This document shows, one piece after another, positions 61,214 to 64,000 of a DNA stretch of 64,000 bases. The translations under genes and the position numbers were made by a program. This DNA is from Cyanophyceae cyanobacterium (lineage in GTDB: Bacteria; Cyanobacteriota; Cyanobacteriia; Cyanobacteriales; JBHJGN01), in the NCBI GenBank assembly GCA_050331735.1, contig JBHJGN010000018.1:1-64000 (forward strand), read 5' to 3'. Below the pieces are notes generated by a model that did no database searches, was not told the DNA's origin, and saw only the letters and a program-made list of their open reading frames with translations. Position 1 is the first letter of the stretch. Every line of letters begins with the position of its first letter.

Positions 61214-61308
61214 AAGTAAGTTTAGCTGAAATTTAATGTCAGAAGCTGACTGAAAGAGCTTTGAGCTAGATAATTCTAGAAACTATTAGTTTTTTAGGAA
61301 TTTAATTG

Positions 61309-62364
61309 ATGCGTATCGTAGCACAACCAGCTTTTAAAGAGCGGTACAAGAATCCGTATACGTGGCTACTTCATACTCACCTTGAATCTTTAGGGGGTAA
61401 TGTCGATGAGTTTTCCCCCGTCAAACTGTTAGAGAGGAACTATGATATTTGGCATCGTCACTGGCCAGAAAGAGTTTTGAACGAAACCAACCCTGCTGTG
61501 GCAATCGCCAAGGTTTTGAGCTTGATGCTTCTCACTAAGTTTGCTAGAGGACGGGGAACAAAGGTAGTGTGGACCATTCACAATCTGGCTGCACACGAGC
61601 AGCTCTATCCCCGTTTAGAAGACTGGTTTTGGAAAAATTTTCTTGGCCAGCTCGATGGATACATCAGCCTCAGCAAGACTGCTATGATAACAGCCCAGCA
61701 GTACTTTCCTGAGCTAAAAAAACTTCCGGGATGTGTCATTCCTCACGGGCATTATCGAGGAGAGTATCCAGATGAAGTAAGCCCTCATGAAGCGCGAGCC
61801 AAACTAGGACTGTCGCCTTCTGCCAAGGTAATACTTGCATTCGGTCAGATTAGACCTTACAAAAATTTTCCCAAACTCATCACCGCTTTTCGACAGCTTG
61901 CCGACCCAGAAGCTGTTCTCTGTATTGCTGGTCGTCCTCGCTCTGCTGCCATAGCAGAAGAAATTAAAGCAGCGGCGGCTTTAGACCCGCAGGTGCAGCT
62001 TCATCTGGATTACATTTTTGAAGACAATGTACAGACGTACTTCCGCGCATCCGACTTGGTAGTATTGCCATACCGTGAGATCCTTAATTCTGGTAGTGCT
62101 CTGCTGGCCCTCTCATTCGATCGACCTATCTTGGTTCCACTAAAAGGATCTCTGAGCGAACTTCAAGAAGAAGTAGGAGTAGAGTGGGTGCATACCTACG
62201 AAGGAGAAATCGCTCGCGCACACATTGAAAAAGCTTTAGAATGGGCTTTAAACACACAGCGACCCGAGAAGGCTCCCCTAATGGCTTATGAATGGCAGAT
62301 AATTTCTCAACAAACACTCAGTGCCTATGAGCATATTGTCGCTATTTCGGCAGGAAAAATGTAA
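61309..62364 (+). CDS. GT4 family glycosyltransferase
   Basis: NPY, HRHWPE, WTIHN, IPHGHY, FGQIRPYKN, VVLPY..ILNSG..LLALS. Confidence 0.9.
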   Translation: MRIVAQPAFKERYKNPYTWLLHTHLESLGGNVDEFSPVKLLERNYDIWHRHWPERVLNETNPAVAIAKVLSLMLLTKFARGRGTKVVWTIHNLAAHEQLYPRLEDWFWKNFLGQLDGYISLSKTAMITAQQYFPELKKLPGCVIPHGHYRGEYPDEVSPHEARAKLGLSPSAKVILAFGQIRPYKNFPKLITAFRQLADPEAVLCIAGRPRSAAIAEEIKAAAALDPQVQLHLDYIFEDNVQTYFRASDLVVLPYREILNSGSALLALSFDRPILVPLKGSLSELQEEVGVEWVHTYEGEIARAHIEKALEWALNTQRPEKAPLMAYEWQIISQQTLSAYEHIVAISAGKM

Positions 62365-62674
62365 GTCCTGTTGAAAAGTGATCGTTAATCTGTCCACAGT
62401 TGTGCTTGATGGACCATAATCTTGCTAAACATTGATCAAAAGACTGTGTTTAAGCCTGAGAAGCAGCACCGCCTGCCTTGAAGTTTGGTTCTGCTAGAGA
62501 ATTATTAAAAAAACCGTTGAACCTGAAGGAAATTGCACACTTGATAGAAAGTGAGCCAAAAATGCAGATCTATATTAGAGATCTTTATCTCGAGGAAGAA
62601 ACTATGGGAATAAGGCAACGCTTCCATCTTTATATGATGCTTCAAGAGTTTCTCCTTCAACTTCGTTTTTTTTA

Positions 62675-63988
62675 ATGAGCAAAAATCTGAATCGGAAACA
62701 GGTAGATTCTTTAAGAAAACGGCTTGCCAGAAATGCTTTAGGGTCATTTGGGCTCAAGATTACTTTTGTTGGTTTGGCATTCGTCACCAGCGTTGTCTTA
62801 GCTCGCTTGTTTGGCCCTGAAGGGTACGGAGTCTATTCCTATGCGATCGCTTGGCTGTTCGTTCTGCAAATTCCCGCAGAATTAGGCATGAGAGCGCTCC
62901 TGGTCCGCGAGGTCGCGTCTTACCAAGCTCGGTCAGAGTGGGGTCTAATGCGTGGTATCTTGCGCTGGGCAAATCGAGCGGTTTTGATCGTCTCGGTCGG
63001 TATCGCTCTCCTGGCGGCGATCGCGGCTCGGCTGTTGCAAGCAGAGGCTAATTTACAGCTCAATGTTTTTTTGTTAGCCTTGATTGCGCTTCCTTTGCTA
63101 GCCCTTAAGTCTTTGCGGCAGTCAACGCTACAGGGGCTACATCGCGTTGTTGTCGGTCAGTTACCAGAAAACTTAATCCAGCCCAGCTTGTTTATCATCT
63201 TCCTCGGTTGTGCCTATGTGCTTCTGGGAGAAAGACTAAGCGTTTCTTGGGCCATGGGTATTCGAGTATTTACAATTGGCGCTGCGTTTGCAGTCGGGGC
63301 CGAGTTTCTACGTAGGACTTTGCCTCAAGCAGTCCAGCAAGCCTCTGTAGAATATAACACCGAGGCTTGGATGCGCAGCGTCATTCCTTTTATGCTGATT
63401 AGCTGCATGAACGTCATCAATAATAGAACAGACGCTATTATGCTAGGAGCCATCAGAGGTCCTGAGACCGTAGGACTTTATGTTGTTGCTGCTCGGGGAG
63501 CCGAGCTAATTTCGTTTATTTTAGTAGCCGTAAATCAGGCAATAGAGCCTACTATAGCTAAACTGTACTCAGAAGGCAATCATAGAAAACTGCAACGGCT
63601 CATTACCAAAAGTTCTCGGATTATCTTTTTTACCTCTCTGCCCATTGCCTTGGCCTTCATTCTCTTTGGTCACTGGTTTTTGTTCATTTTCGGTCCAGAA
63701 TTTGCTCAAGGACGCGCAGCCCTTGCTTTCCTAGGCTTTGGTCAGCTAGTTAATTCCGCTACAGGTTCGGTGGGGAAACTACTCAATATGACAGGTCACG
63801 AGCGCGATACTGCTGTAGGAATTGGAGCGAGTGCAGTATTAAATATTATTCTTAATGCCGTGCTGATTCCTCGATTTGGACTAGAAGGTGCCGCCTGTGC
63901 AACAGCAATTAGCACCATCGCTTGGAATATTTTACTGTTTAGTTTTGTCAAAAAAAGGCTAGGAATTAATACAACAGTAATTGGTTAA
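62675..63988 (+). CDS. Wzx-like oligosaccharide flippase
   Basis: LARLFGPEGYGVY, TDAIMLG, VGLYVVA, LNAVLIPRFGLEGAACAT; ~12 TM helices. Confidence 0.9.
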   Translation: MSKNLNRKQVDSLRKRLARNALGSFGLKITFVGLAFVTSVVLARLFGPEGYGVYSYAIAWLFVLQIPAELGMRALLVREVASYQARSEWGLMRGILRWANRAVLIVSVGIALLAAIAARLLQAEANLQLNVFLLALIALPLLALKSLRQSTLQGLHRVVVGQLPENLIQPSLFIIFLGCAYVLLGERLSVSWAMGIRVFTIGAAFAVGAEFLRRTLPQAVQQASVEYNTEAWMRSVIPFMLISCMNVINNRTDAIMLGAIRGPETVGLYVVAARGAELISFILVAVNQAIEPTIAKLYSEGNHRKLQRLITKSSRIIFFTSLPIALAFILFGHWFLFIFGPEFAQGRAALAFLGFGQLVNSATGSVGKLLNMTGHERDTAVGIGASAVLNIILNAVLIPRFGLEGAACATAISTIAWNILLFSFVKKRLGINTTVIG

Positions 63989-64000
63989 GCTGAATATTTT

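Noticed and set aside
62478..62675. Small ORF whose stop overlaps the flippase start (TAATG)
   Set aside because: The coupling is suggestive, but there is no recognisable family and the start is uncertain.
1..64000. tRNA/rRNA genes and the many antisense or nested ORFs in the track
   Set aside because: No tRNA or rRNA signatures noticed by eye; nested ORFs are shadows of well-supported genes.

Overview
A 64-kb chromosomal window from a cyanobacterium: HIP1 octamer GCGATCGC is frequent, and it carries cruA, pacS and NtcA/RpaB-type promoter motifs. Most of it is a mosaic of housekeeping and signalling genes (ilvE, cruA, glyS, tldD, bolA, hpnA, purE, nagA, a Crp-type regulator, two hybrid histidine kinases, three Ser/Thr kinases). 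There are AT-richer accessory blocks: a kinase pair at 0-3 kb, an orphan cyclic-peptide exporter at 14.7-16.3 kb, a lipid-carrier glycosylation cluster at 29.6-36.6 kb and the start of a sulfated-polysaccharide cluster at 58.7-64 kb. The most interesting signals lie outside the ORF track. (1) A 164-bp non-autonomous IS200/IS605 element (51545-51708) has both ends intact and a retained TnpB omega-RNA-like scaffold, and sits inside an apparently NtcA-activated gamma-glutamyl hydrolase / circularly permuted ATP-grasp operon. (2) An IS701 end cuts a kinase-ankyrin gene. (3) Three MITE families are present, one in two copies and one with nested hairpins. (4) A modular family of heptamer-plus-minihairpin repeats recurs four times. 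(5) A broken atx1 copper chaperone lies behind an intact MerR-type promoter. (6) A predicted outer-membrane protein is built from two tandem beta-barrel units. No rRNA, tRNA or CRISPR array was seen. All family assignments come from motif recognition by eye, not from database searches.
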